A DNA stretch of 64,000 bases from a virus (taxonomy: Duplodnaviria > Heunggongvirae > Uroviricota > Caudoviricetes), in IMG/VR virus record IMGVR_UViG_2974665086_000001, positions 54,700 through 118,699 of that record; one strand, given 5' to 3'. A program made the translations under genes and the position numbers. Numbering within the stretch: position 1 is the stretch's first letter; the number at the start of each line of letters is the position of its first letter. Below, one piece after another: positions 46,196-54,874 of this stretch. The notes beneath the pieces were generated by a model that was not told the origin of the DNA, ran no database searches, and saw only the letters and a program-made list of their open reading frames with translations.

Positions 46196-46270
46196 GTTGG
46201 TGCAGAACAGTCAGGAGTGTTCGCTACCCTGTCACGGTAGAGATCGCGGGTTCAAATCCCGTCACCAGCG
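46196..46270 (+). tRNA. tRNA-Asp (GUC)
   Basis: Acceptor GTTGGTG/CACCAGC perfect, anticodon arm CTACC-CTGTCAC-GGTAG, T-arm GCGGGTTCAAATCCCGT. Confidence 0.7.
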
Positions 46271-46286
46271 CGCTATAATTAAATAC

Positions 46287-46358
46287 CGGGTGCGAGGAAG
46301 ATGGTAATCCACTTGTTTTGGGAACAAGATAAACCGAGTTCGATTCTCGGGCATCCGA
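46287..46358 (+). tRNA. tRNA-Pro (UGG)
   Basis: Acceptor CGGGTGC/GCATCCG, anticodon arm CTTGT-TTTGGGA-ACAAG, T-arm CCGAGTTCGATTCTCGG. Confidence 0.7.
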
Positions 46359-46438
46359 CTTAAGTATATGTGATTCAGTGCACTGATAGCATATAGTTCA
46401 GTGCCGTTGTTGGAGGCGCTTAAAGTATTCAACAATAT

Positions 46439-46510
46439 GTCCCTTTAGCTCAATTGGAAGAGCACTAGATTGAAGTCCTAGCGGTCTCGGTTCGATCCCG
46501 AGGGGGGACA
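46439..46510 (+). tRNA. tRNA-Phe (GAA)
   Basis: GTCCCTT-TA-GCTCAATTGGAAGAGC, anticodon arm CTAGA-TTGAAGT-CCTAG, T-arm CTCGGTTCGATCCCGAG. Confidence 0.75.
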
Positions 46511-46536
46511 CTTTTTATGTCAAAAATAGGAGCATA

Positions 46537-46719
46537 ATGCCGGTATTTAAAGTAGTAATTGAAGGCAGTGGTTGGGAAGAGTATAATGTAGAAGCTCCCG
46601 ACATAGACACAGCCGCTGAACTGGTCGAAAAGGGTCAAGTAAAACCCGACTCGGTTGTAATCTCTTTGATTGAAAGTGTTCACATCAATGGAACACGATA
46701 CGGTGACGGATATGCCTAA
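46537..46719 (+). CDS. hypothetical protein
   Basis: 60-aa ORF with RBS AGGAGCATAATG. Confidence 0.3.
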   Translation: MPVFKVVIEGSGWEEYNVEAPDIDTAAELVEKGQVKPDSVVISLIESVHINGTRYGDGYA

Positions 46720-46879
46720 ATATATCGTAACTGAGCATGGTTGGGGTACTCGAATGTACCGGGTCGATGCAGACGATGAGCAATCAGCAAAAGATATCGT
46801 TGCAGACGGCGCAGAAGAAATATGGTTCGATGATTTTGACGTAGAACGAGTGGAAGTAGTATTACGCGATGAAGGTTAA
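46670..46879 (+). CDS. hypothetical acidic protein
   Basis: 69-aa ORF. Confidence 0.3.
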   Translation: MKVFTSMEHDTVTDMPKYIVTEHGWGTRMYRVDADDEQSAKDIVADGAEEIWFDDFDVERVEVVLRDEG

Positions 46880-47087
46880 AGAACTGCAAGAACTGCTTGC
46901 AGAACAAGACCCCGATACAATCATTTATGTTAGCTCCGATGAAGAGGGCAACGACTACAACGAGCTAGAAGGTTGGGGCGAAGCCTTTAGAGTCAAAAAG
47001 TTCGGTGATATTATTGATGTTGATGACATTAAAGAATATGGCTACGAACCGGATGAAACAGAAAGAATTATGATTCTGTATCCATAG
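46869..47087 (+). CDS. hypothetical acidic protein
   Basis: 72-aa ORF. Confidence 0.3.
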   Translation: MKVKELQELLAEQDPDTIIYVSSDEEGNDYNELEGWGEAFRVKKFGDIIDVDDIKEYGYEPDETERIMILYP

Positions 47088-47101
47088 AAAGTTGGATTAA
47101 G

Positions 47102-47395
47102 ATGGTAAGCAGAGATAAGCAAAAGAAGCATCACTATGAGGGTGTGAAGGCTGGCTGGCACTACAGCGGGGTTCAGCGTAGAGACTTCCGCAACAGCCAC
47201 GACGGACCCGAAGAGACAGGCCCACCGAGGGGCAAGAAACCCAGTAAGAGCAAATACTGTAAGCGAAACGACTACAAGCAACACGAGTATGTTTTCCATT
47301 ACTACAGGTGGCATACACCGATCTATTCGTGCGTGCACTGTGGCCGTCAGCAGTGGCGCTTCGCAGAACGAATCCCGTACTCATGGGAAGCTTGA
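47102..47395 (+). CDS. small basic Cys/His-containing protein
   Basis: 97 aa, Lys/Arg-rich, CVHCGRQQW. Confidence 0.3.
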   Translation: MVSRDKQKKHHYEGVKAGWHYSGVQRRDFRNSHDGPEETGPPRGKKPSKSKYCKRNDYKQHEYVFHYYRWHTPIYSCVHCGRQQWRFAERIPYSWEA

Positions 47396-47439
47396 CTTGA
47401 CACAAGTTGTAGGTATGATAGGATCATACCTACAACCGA

Positions 47440-47766
47440 TTGAGGGAGAACACAATGGCTCGCAAGATGGACTCACACGCTGATCTGATCGCACAGCTTG
47501 AAGCCAAGCAACGTGAAATCAAGAAGCACACGGCAGAAGCAAATGCAATCATCAATCCTTTGAAGAAGGAAGAAGAAGTATTGCAGGCTCGCTTGTTGAA
47601 GTCGATGAACGGTAGCTTGATCGGCACTGTTAAAGATAAGCCAAGGATTGAGGTTTACAACAGTGCACGTGAGACAGCTACACGTGAGCGCGTTTTGCTG
47701 TACGCTCCCGAGAAGGTAGACTTGATCTGCACCAAGGGGTACAAGCCGAAGATCAAGATCGTTTAA
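47440..47766 (+). CDS. hypothetical protein
   Basis: 108-aa ORF. Confidence 0.35.
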   Translation: MRENTMARKMDSHADLIAQLEAKQREIKKHTAEANAIINPLKKEEEVLQARLLKSMNGSLIGTVKDKPRIEVYNSARETATRERVLLYAPEKVDLICTKGYKPKIKIV

Positions 47767-47786
47767 ACTACTAGCAGGAGAGTCAA

Positions 47787-48152
47787 TTGCCGAACGCAGT
47801 ATTAGCCCGACAGATTTACGATCAGATCACTGAGTTTCCCGAGTCGCATAACCAGTTGCTTTGGGGTAAGAAGACTGAGTGTGGTACAGTTTGCTGTGTC
47901 GCTGGTCACGCGGGTTTGATCACAGGTGAAGCCTACTTTGACGGGTGGGGTAATATTGTTGCCAAGCACTTTATGACAATTAATGGCATGGCACAAGTCT
48001 TGCTAGACATTGATGATCGTCTTGCAACTTTCTTGTTCTATGTTACTGACAACGAAGGTGCCGTCAGTGTTATGAGACAACTGGCAGACGATGAACCAGT
48101 TGATCTTGATCGTGAAGCAGACTTGTTTGAAGAACGGTTGTTAAACAGCTAA
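47787..48152 (+). CDS. hypothetical protein
   Basis: 121-aa ORF. Confidence 0.4.
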   Translation: MPNAVLARQIYDQITEFPESHNQLLWGKKTECGTVCCVAGHAGLITGEAYFDGWGNIVAKHFMTINGMAQVLLDIDDRLATFLFYVTDNEGAVSVMRQLADDEPVDLDREADLFEERLLNS

Positions 48153-48209
48153 AAGTCTGCTACAATTTAATGACTAACGGGTTGGAGTTATCCGTAACTT
48201 CCAACTTTT

Positions 48210-48278
48210 GCCCTGTCTGGCGGACCCAGGCATGACTCTTCTAAGGTCGTTGAACCAGTTCGACTCTGGTACGGGGTG
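48210..48278 (+). tRNA. tRNA-Arg (UCU) candidate, short
   Basis: Acceptor GCCCTGT/ACGGGGT, anticodon arm TGACT-CTTCTAA-GGTCG, T-arm ACCAGTTCGACTCTGGT; D-arm irregular. Confidence 0.4.
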
Positions 48279-48400
48279 CTCTAAATTAGACTAAAGTGTT
48301 ATCCCGAGCTTTAGTAATCAATGGCCTATGGTTTTCTGAGGACTACGCCAGGTAAGCAATTCGTCAATGCTTACTATCGGAATTAATCTAGGTGCGCCCC

Positions 48401-48434
48401 TGTAGTAGAGAACAGGGGCGCACCAACTTAAGTT
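48401..48434 (+). terminator. strong 13-bp hairpin
   Basis: GGTGCGCCCCTGT...ACAGGGGCGCACC. Confidence 0.55.
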
Positions 48435-48504
48435 CCTATAGCCCAATGGCAGAGGCAGCAGACTTAAAATCTGTCAAGTGTCGGTTCGAGTCCGACTAGG
48501 AATA
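48432..48504 (+). tRNA. type-I tRNA with anticodon UAA (Leu-UUA reader?) - unusual
   Basis: Acceptor GTTCCTA/TAGGAAT perfect, anticodon arm GCAGA-CTTAAAA-TCTGT, short variable arm, T-arm GTCGGTTCGAGTCCGAC. Confidence 0.5.
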
Positions 48505-48526
48505 CGTGTTAAATAAAAAGCTTTAA

Positions 48527-48612
48527 GGCATCTTGGCGGAATGGCAGACGCGCTGGTTTCAAAAACCAGTCTGAGTGATCAGGTGAGGGTTCGAGTCCCT
48601 CAGGTGCTACCA
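48527..48612 (+). tRNA. tRNA-Leu (CAA), CCA encoded
   Basis: Acceptor GGCATCT/AGGTGCT, anticodon arm CTGGT-TTCAAAA-ACCAG, long variable arm, T-arm GAGGGTTCGAGTCCCTC, then ACCA. Confidence 0.75.
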
Positions 48613-48632
48613 CACGACTAAAGGAATATGAT

Positions 48633-48908
48633 ATGAAAAAGCTCGGATCGATCCTGTTGATTGTTCTGCCCATTGTTGCTATGATCCTTCTAGCGGGCAT
48701 CAGTACAGTACAGGCCAAGGAAGAATATGATTCAGATTTGTATGAGGCTCGTAAGCCCTTCTCGGATGGTATAGTATTGCAATGTGCTGGACGTAAAGAT
48801 TTCATCGATTGCAACTGGGATCGATACAACGCAGAACTCAATAAGAAAATTGCAGACCAAGCAGCAGCCAACGCAGAAGCCGAAAAGCTTTTGCTTGATC
48901 GTAAGTAG
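48633..48908 (+). CDS. secreted/lipoprotein-like small protein
   Basis: N-terminal signal-like MKKLGSILLIVLPIVAMILLAGISTVQA. Confidence 0.4.
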   Translation: MKKLGSILLIVLPIVAMILLAGISTVQAKEEYDSDLYEARKPFSDGIVLQCAGRKDFIDCNWDRYNAELNKKIADQAAANAEAEKLLLDRK

Positions 48909-49015
48909 GATATAATGACTATCGCACAAGCTTTACTAGTATTGATCTTCGGAGTTGCCTGTCTGACATATTCTATCGTCGGTTTGATCCGACTGGAAAG
49001 GCAGCAAAAGTAGTC

Positions 49016-49282
49016 ATGTTAGCAATTATCGGATTTTTTGTTATTATTATCGGCTTTATCATGGCTATCATTGGACTGAATACCAGAAATGGCGCACTTG
49101 CATTTATTGGAGTGCTGATTGCTTTCATGGGTCCACTGTTTATTGTTCAGTCTGGGGTTGACAATGACCGGCAAAAGCAATTAGACTGTGAACAACGCGG
49201 TGGGGCTATGATTCAAGACGGTCCTAGTTCAAACGCTTGTTACAAAATCATCAATGATAAGATGATTAAGATCGATCTGTGA
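49016..49282 (+). CDS. small membrane protein (2 TM)
   Basis: Hydrophobic N-terminal 50 aa. Confidence 0.4.
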   Translation: MLAIIGFFVIIIGFIMAIIGLNTRNGALAFIGVLIAFMGPLFIVQSGVDNDRQKQLDCEQRGGAMIQDGPSSNACYKIINDKMIKIDL

Positions 49283-49484
49283 TAAAATAGAGGCAGGAGG
49301 TAGAATGTTGTATACTCTTGCAGTTATTTTACTAGTGATCGTGTTGCTTGTAGTGCTTCTATAAGCTATAATTAAATACTAAGTGTCAGTAGGCAAACTG
49401 AAAGCCGTCCACCAAAGCGGGATAGTAGGGAATAAGTAAAAAGAATACCTACTATGCTAGAATCGAATCTAGCCTGACATATCT

Positions 49485-49567
49485 GCTCTCGTGGCGAAAC
49501 TGGCAGACGCGCTGGATTTAGGTTCCAGTCCTTCGGGGTGAGGGTTCGACTCCCTTCGAGAGTACCA
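49485..49567 (+). tRNA. tRNA-Leu (UAG), CCA encoded
   Basis: Acceptor GCTCTCG/CGAGAGT, anticodon arm CTGGA-TTTAGGT-TCCAG, variable hairpin CCTTCGGGG, T-arm GAGGGTTCGACTCCCTT, then ACCA. Confidence 0.75.
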
Positions 49568-49589
49568 TCGCAAACGTTACTTGCGACTG

Positions 49590-49672
49590 CATGAAGTTAC
49601 CGGATTTACCAATCGGTTTCGAATTGTCATAACATGCTATGAAAGTTAGTTGGTACCTAACAGTAACGGTAA
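49590..49672 (+). ncRNA. degenerate member of the Y-like family (outside the main array)
   Basis: TTACCGGATTTACCAATCGGTTTCG then ...TCATAACATGCTATG; weaker match to consensus. Confidence 0.3.
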
Positions 49673-49751
49673 GCGGTAGTATTCCCCCAGGCTACGAACC
49701 TGTCGTCAAAAGGATAATTGGAGTATGGAGGTTCGAGTCCTCTCTATCGCA
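49673..49751 (+). tRNA. atypical tRNA-like gene (ACG anticodon arm, no D-arm, long variable region)
   Basis: Acceptor GCGGTAG/CTATCGC perfect, CCAGG-CTACGAA-CCTGT arm, T-arm GGAGGTTCGAGTCCTCT; only 5 nt between acceptor and anticodon stem. Confidence 0.35.
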
Positions 49752-50023
49752 CGCTAAAAGAAGGAGCACAATTGAGCAAGCAGTTAGTAGCTTATACAAA
49801 CCTGGTGTCATGCAACCCATGCAAGGTAGTTCATCCTAAGTTGGAGGAACTGGTTGCAGAAGGTTATGACATTACGTTTAAGCATTTGCAAGACCAGCGC
49901 AATGCATTCATTGACGCAGACGTTCGATCAACACCAACGTTTATTATTTACGAAGATGGTGTAGAGATTGATCGCATGTACGGTCCACACACCAAACAGG
50001 AACTCATAGAAGTTCTAACGTAA
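49718..50023 (+). CDS. thioredoxin/glutaredoxin-like protein (CxxC); real start may be downstream
   Basis: CNPC motif, thioredoxin-fold-like pattern; annotated ATG overlaps the preceding tRNA-like gene. Confidence 0.5.
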   Translation: MEYGGSSPLYRTLKEGAQLSKQLVAYTNLVSCNPCKVVHPKLEELVAEGYDITFKHLQDQRNAFIDADVRSTPTFIIYEDGVEIDRMYGPHTKQELIEVLT

Positions 50024-50038
50024 AAGGAAAATCAAATA

Positions 50039-50539
50039 ATGTTGTTACTGAGAACCATCAGCGGCAGCAGGTTGTATGGTCTAAGCCATGCGAAATCGGA
50101 TTATGATTACTGGGAAGTTTATTCAAATAAGCTTCCCAGTCCTGCAAAATACATAAAGCAGACAATTTCGGGGGATTTAGACTTAACACAGTCTAACTTG
50201 TCTACCTTTATGAGAAACGCAAATAAGTGTACTCCCCAAGCGTTAGAGTGCATGTTCTCAGAACAAGCAGAAGTTGATGAGATATCAGAGCTACGCCGCA
50301 ACTATCGCCTAGACACTGCCAAGTTTTATCACGTGTATTTGAGTCTAATTCATATGAACTCTGACACAAGTAAAAAGAATGCAGCAAGGCATAGTCTGCG
50401 GCTAGCTTTGAATCTAAAGCAAGGCATGAAATATGCTAGATTCTGCCCAACTCTGACCGACAAACAAATCGAACGTATAGTTAATAGTTCTGAGCAAGAG
50501 CTATTCGAATGGCGAGACAAGGTAATTAACAACCTATGA
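50039..50539 (+). CDS. minimal nucleotidyltransferase (Pol-beta superfamily)
   Basis: GSRLYG...SDYDY = [GS]x9-13DxD NTase signature near N-terminus, 166 aa. Confidence 0.55.
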   Translation: MLLLRTISGSRLYGLSHAKSDYDYWEVYSNKLPSPAKYIKQTISGDLDLTQSNLSTFMRNANKCTPQALECMFSEQAEVDEISELRRNYRLDTAKFYHVYLSLIHMNSDTSKKNAARHSLRLALNLKQGMKYARFCPTLTDKQIERIVNSSEQELFEWRDKVINNL

Positions 50540-50814
50540 AAAACTCAATTACACCAGTGCTCAAGCCGGGAGTTAAGGCATACCAGTTCGACGGTCTGAA
50601 TGCCGACTGGTTCAAGAAAACCGTAGAAGCTCTCGGAGAAACCTACGTAGATATTTGGCCGGGTGACGGTTCATACATAGAACCCAGCGTTACCGTTTAC
50701 TGCCATTACCAGCAAGAATCTTTGTATGCAAATGATTGGTTGTTCATCAACGATAAAAAGCAGATTCAGGTAATTTATGGCACCGACTACGATGATTGGT
50801 ATAAATCAACATGA
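50536..50814 (+). CDS. hypothetical protein
   Basis: 92-aa ORF, translationally coupled on both sides. Confidence 0.35.
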   Translation: MKNSITPVLKPGVKAYQFDGLNADWFKKTVEALGETYVDIWPGDGSYIEPSVTVYCHYQQESLYANDWLFINDKKQIQVIYGTDYDDWYKST

Positions 50815-51554
50815 TCGATGACTTTAACTTTAAGCAGATCGCCTTTTGTGGCGACTGGCACGCGAATCGTCAGTTCGCATTGGATATGATCGACAGTTTC
50901 AATCGCTACGGCATTAAGGCTATCGTTCAGCTCGGAGACTTCGGGTACAAGTACAAGTCGAACTACCTGAACGATATGCAGGAAAAGCTCGAGAAGTACG
51001 ATATGTTTTTGTTCTTTGTTGATGGAAATCACGAAGAGTTTCCTAAGCTCTACAGTTATCCCATTATCGACGGGGTAAGGATGGTGCGTGATCGCATCGT
51101 TCATTTGCCACGTGGCCTTAGGTGGACCTGGAACGGATACAAGTTTCTCGCTCTCGGCGGTGCTCCCAGCATCGACAAGGATTACCGCGTCGTAGGCAAG
51201 AGCTGGTGGATCGAAGAGCAGATCAGCTTTAACGAAGCCGATAGGGCTATGCAGGGCGGCACGGTTGATGTTATGCTTACGCACGATTGTCCAACAGGTG
51301 TGGACATTCCTGGTATCACAAAGACAGCCGCACATGGTTGGCCGGAACATGCTCTAAAGGTTTCGGAAGCTCACCGTGATCTAGTGCGTATGGTCGTAGA
51401 TGAAGTTAAGCCAAAAAAGCTTCTTCACGGCCACTATCACCGACGCTATGATGGTTTGCTGGTTGGCGAGGATTATAAAACAGAGATTGTCGGTCTCGAT
51501 GCAGATATTGGTCGTTGGATCGATAACTTTATAGTCTGGAATCCCGACGAGTGA
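50811..51554 (+). CDS. Ser/Thr-type metallophosphatase
   Basis: GDWHAN, GDFGY, DGNHEEF, GHYH motifs. Confidence 0.7.
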   Translation: MIDDFNFKQIAFCGDWHANRQFALDMIDSFNRYGIKAIVQLGDFGYKYKSNYLNDMQEKLEKYDMFLFFVDGNHEEFPKLYSYPIIDGVRMVRDRIVHLPRGLRWTWNGYKFLALGGAPSIDKDYRVVGKSWWIEEQISFNEADRAMQGGTVDVMLTHDCPTGVDIPGITKTAAHGWPEHALKVSEAHRDLVRMVVDEVKPKKLLHGHYHRRYDGLLVGEDYKTEIVGLDADIGRWIDNFIVWNPDE

Positions 51555-51868
51555 GTCACGGACATAGATCACCACGTACGCCGACTTACCATAGTTGGAA
51601 TGCAATGAAGCAGCGATGCAGCAATCCAAGTCGCTATGACTACAAATACTATGGTAAGCTCGGTGTCACGTACGCAAAGGAATGGAAGTCTTTCGAACAA
51701 TTCTTAAATGATATGGGACAAAGGCCCTTGGGTACGAGTTTAGATAGAATTAATCCCTTCGGTAATTACGAACCAGGCAATTGCCGTTGGGCTAATAAGC
51801 AAGTGCAGTCTCAAAATCAGAGACGGTATTATGCAGGTAGACAAGAACAAGATTGGTATGACGAATAA
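51551..51868 (+). CDS. HNH endonuclease (HNH_3-like)
   Basis: LDRINPFGNYEPGNCRWANKQVQSQN. Confidence 0.5.
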   Translation: MSHGHRSPRTPTYHSWNAMKQRCSNPSRYDYKYYGKLGVTYAKEWKSFEQFLNDMGQRPLGTSLDRINPFGNYEPGNCRWANKQVQSQNQRRYYAGRQEQDWYDE

Positions 51869-52050
51869 TGGTTAATGAAGAAAAGAATCTGTTGAATACG
51901 CCGTACGGGCGAGCTATCCTGGTTGGTTTGCAGAAAAAGCTAATGTATTATGGCACTGTTCCAGCAGCAACAATTGCCAAGCGCCGTGCAGCAAATAAGG
52001 TTGCACGTAATCAGCGTAAGGTGAATCGCCAGAACGGCAGTGGTAGATGA
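51868..52050 (+). CDS. hypothetical basic protein
   Basis: 60-aa ORF. Confidence 0.3.
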   Translation: MVNEEKNLLNTPYGRAILVGLQKKLMYYGTVPAATIAKRRAANKVARNQRKVNRQNGSGR

Positions 52051-52301
52051 TCGAGAACCTGATTGAATCAGCGGACGAACGTCTTGAAGCTCTCGATGAA
52101 GAGATAATTGAATTAATCATCGAGAGAATGAATGCAGAATCGGCTCTAGAAGCACAATTACTTATCACGAATTCTATGGCAGATTTGAATAGTGCTGATC
52201 GTGAAAAGACTGTGGTTCAGAGATACACCGAAGCATTCGGAAATGACGACGGACCTCGGATTGCAGCAGGCGTTCTCGGTGGTTTACTGTATACTAGTTA
52301 A
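52047..52301 (+). CDS. hypothetical acidic protein
   Basis: 84-aa ORF. Confidence 0.3.
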   Translation: MIENLIESADERLEALDEEIIELIIERMNAESALEAQLLITNSMADLNSADREKTVVQRYTEAFGNDDGPRIAAGVLGGLLYTS

Positions 52302-52336
52302 ATAGGTTGGGTGCCTACCTTAAAGGCACCACTTAA

Positions 52337-52410
52337 GCCCCGGTAGCATAAACGGTAAATGCACCTATCTTATAAGTAGGCGATAGTCGGATCGTTACCG
52401 ACGCGGGGTA
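52337..52410 (+). tRNA. tRNA with UAU anticodon (Ile-AUA reader?), unusual T-loop ATCGTTA
   Basis: GCCCCGG-TA-GCATAAACGGTAAATGC, anticodon arm CCTAT-CTTATAA-GTAGG, T-stem GTCGG/CCGAC, acceptor 3' GCGGGGT. Confidence 0.5.
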
Positions 52411-52411
52411 C

Positions 52412-52660
52412 ATGACAATACTAGCTTGGATCGGTTTATATTTTGTCGGCTTTTTGCTAACCTGGTTTCTATCGGTACGATTAAGTAATCCGCATCCCGG
52501 TACAGAAGGCTGGACTATGTTGGAAAAGCTTCTTCCGTCTGTGATTTGGCCGGGGTACTTATTCAGCCTGTTGTGCATTGCCCTCATTGAGATTTTCCCA
52601 TATATATTCTTTCCCGACCGCGCTATTAAGAAAGGGATTGCAAAATGGAAGAGCAAGTAG
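52412..52660 (+). CDS. small membrane protein
   Basis: 82 aa, two hydrophobic helices. Confidence 0.35.
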   Translation: MTILAWIGLYFVGFLLTWFLSVRLSNPHPGTEGWTMLEKLLPSVIWPGYLFSLLCIALIEIFPYIFFPDRAIKKGIAKWKSK

Positions 52661-52896
52661 AAGTTCTCGTCACGTTTAAGTTTAACAAGATCGTAGACGA
52701 AGACAAAGACTTGGGCGTGCACAGCAGATATGTGCATTACGAATTCGATCATGCACGGTTAGAAGATCAGGGCGAGCTTACCGAGTCTGAACTAGATCAG
52801 ATAGCTGACTCGCTTGCACAGGTAGATAAAAATCAGATTGCACTTTCTCGTATGGTAGAAGTGTTCAGCCACGGAATTATGAAGGTAAACGAATGA
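52645..52896 (+). CDS. hypothetical acidic protein
   Basis: 83-aa ORF. Confidence 0.35.
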   Translation: MEEQVEVLVTFKFNKIVDEDKDLGVHSRYVHYEFDHARLEDQGELTESELDQIADSLAQVDKNQIALSRMVEVFSHGIMKVNE

Positions 52897-53486
52897 CCAG
52901 TCTTATTTATTATTCAAGCCCAGGACGTTACTATCATACGTTCACACATATTGGATACATGCTTGATAACTTGCGACAGTATTACGAGTTTGATCTAGAT
53001 AGCTTTGAGCTTGATGTAATGCGATGGGCAATTACTTATCACGACGTTGTGTATGATGCCACCGCACAGGATAATGAATTCCAGTCTGCGCTTGCTTTGG
53101 GCAAAGACTTGACGAAGTTGGAAATCTTTAATCGTCAAACTATTGGACGTGAAGCACAGCGATTGATTATGCTCACGCAGCATCACCGACCATCAAGCAC
53201 AGATAAGCTTGGACAGATCATTTGTGATCTGGATTTGGCGGGGTTGGCAAGCGATCAGTACAAGCATAATAGCCTTTTGATCAAGGCAGAGTATCAGTGG
53301 GCAGCAAAGCGTAATCCTCCCTACACCGACGATCTTTTTGATAAGGCATGGGCTGTAGGTAGAAAGAAGTTCCTGTCCGAATATCTGAACAGGAACAACT
53401 TGTTTTCTACTGAGGTTGGTAAGACATGGGAAGAGCTAGCTAAGATTAATATGGAAGCCGAACTTAAACATATTAATTCGCTTTAA
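52893..53486 (+). CDS. HD-domain phosphohydrolase
   Basis: HTFTH...ITYHDVVYD (H...HD) metal-binding pattern. Confidence 0.5.
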   Translation: MTSLIYYSSPGRYYHTFTHIGYMLDNLRQYYEFDLDSFELDVMRWAITYHDVVYDATAQDNEFQSALALGKDLTKLEIFNRQTIGREAQRLIMLTQHHRPSSTDKLGQIICDLDLAGLASDQYKHNSLLIKAEYQWAAKRNPPYTDDLFDKAWAVGRKKFLSEYLNRNNLFSTEVGKTWEELAKINMEAELKHINSL

Positions 53487-54220
53487 GCCATATAGCCGTT
53501 TTCCATAAAGTACCAACGGTTAACACGGCTACCCCAACCACGAGTACCCACGGCGTTTCGGTCCGAACAGATAGCGAAACCTACATAGACAGAACCGTCT
53601 AGAGGCATAGCTCCGTTCGGGTCGATTCGCGTGGAGTTCAAAACTCCGTTCCTATAGATTGCCCAACTGTTACCAGTTACACGAACCTCCCATTGTGTAT
53701 TTACAGGGCTAGTACCACTAGTTAAAGTAGCACTGGTCTGAGTACCAGAAGCATTGGTTGATCTGAAATAGCTAGTACCCGACGTGCAGTCTAAATATGT
53801 TGCACGTACGGTTGGAGGCTGGTTCGCAGATTGTGCAGTCATTTTACGACCAACATATAGTCTAGTTTCTAGTCCAGAGTTAACGGCATCACCAATCTGG
53901 AATCCGATTGTAAACTTATTGGTTCTCAATGGTCCAACATTGCTGTATAGATAACCGTAGTTTCTTACGTTATTTGTGTTAATGTCGCCAGCTACAACCT
54001 GATTGAGAGCTTGGAAGCATGTTGTTCCACGACTGCCGAACTTGTCGAAGTATGTGTCAAGTCCAGCACCGGATGAAGGTCCGCCGTCATTAAATTCATC
54101 AATGACTGTTGCGTCTACCCAACGCTGCCAAGCTAACTGTGTACCACGCATAACTTTTTGAACGGGAATGTTGCCGATACGTACGTCAGATATAGGGTTT
54201 CCTCCAATATAAATGCTCAT
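53483..54220 (-). CDS. tail fibre-associated protein (inverted cassette)
   Basis: 245 aa, Gly/Thr/Ser/Asn-rich beta-type composition, minus strand. Confidence 0.45.
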   Translation of the reverse strand: MSIYIGGNPISDVRIGNIPVQKVMRGTQLAWQRWVDATVIDEFNDGGPSSGAGLDTYFDKFGSRGTTCFQALNQVVAGDINTNNVRNYGYLYSNVGPLRTNKFTIGFQIGDAVNSGLETRLYVGRKMTAQSANQPPTVRATYLDCTSGTSYFRSTNASGTQTSATLTSGTSPVNTQWEVRVTGNSWAIYRNGVLNSTRIDPNGAMPLDGSVYVGFAICSDRNAVGTRGWGSRVNRWYFMENGYMA

Positions 54221-54810
54221 ACGATCACATACACCGTTTCGATATCCCAGCTACCTAAAGCGGTATATTCGGCTTGATTGCCAATCCACAAAGTTAAGTG
54301 ACGTCCAGGTGGGTTCATCACTGCACGGTTGTCTACATAAGTTTGAGCATCGGCGTACTTGCTGTCTGCATATAACTTAATTGCTACTTGGTTTGATGCG
54401 GTAGGCATAGGCGCAACAGGGCTACTGCTAAATGTCTTAATGCCTGCAATAGTTTCATTACCTGTGCTTTGTACCGAGCTGTCAGCCTTAGCTAATGTGG
54501 CTTCAAAGGGAGCTTCTACACCTTCTCGCTTGATTTCCCACTCACCATCGGCGGGGGAGTTGAATAATTGATTACCCCACTCACTAAATGCCTTCACCAA
54601 GTAAGACACATACATAGTATGAGGAGCGTCGGCAGTGCCACCGATCAAACCATATGAATAGAATGGATCGTCCAATGCGATGTTACTGTATCCAGGTAGC
54701 TTAATGATACCCTTCACTGCATCAGTAGCATCAGCTACTATAATATCCTTTTTCTTTGCTACTGAGTCGGGGGCTGTAGGTTCAGGTCCGACATATCTTA
54801 AGTTTCCCAT
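54217..54810 (-). CDS. tail fibre-associated protein
   Basis: 197 aa, coupled (ATGA) to downstream minus-strand gene. Confidence 0.45.
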   Translation of the reverse strand: MGNLRYVGPEPTAPDSVAKKKDIIVADATDAVKGIIKLPGYSNIALDDPFYSYGLIGGTADAPHTMYVSYLVKAFSEWGNQLFNSPADGEWEIKREGVEAPFEATLAKADSSVQSTGNETIAGIKTFSSSPVAPMPTASNQVAIKLYADSKYADAQTYVDNRAVMNPPGRHLTLWIGNQAEYTALGSWDIETVYVIV

Positions 54811-54874
54811 TTACCAATTCTATCACAAAACCCCCAACATAAATTAATATGTCAGGGGTTTTGATCAAATTTGA

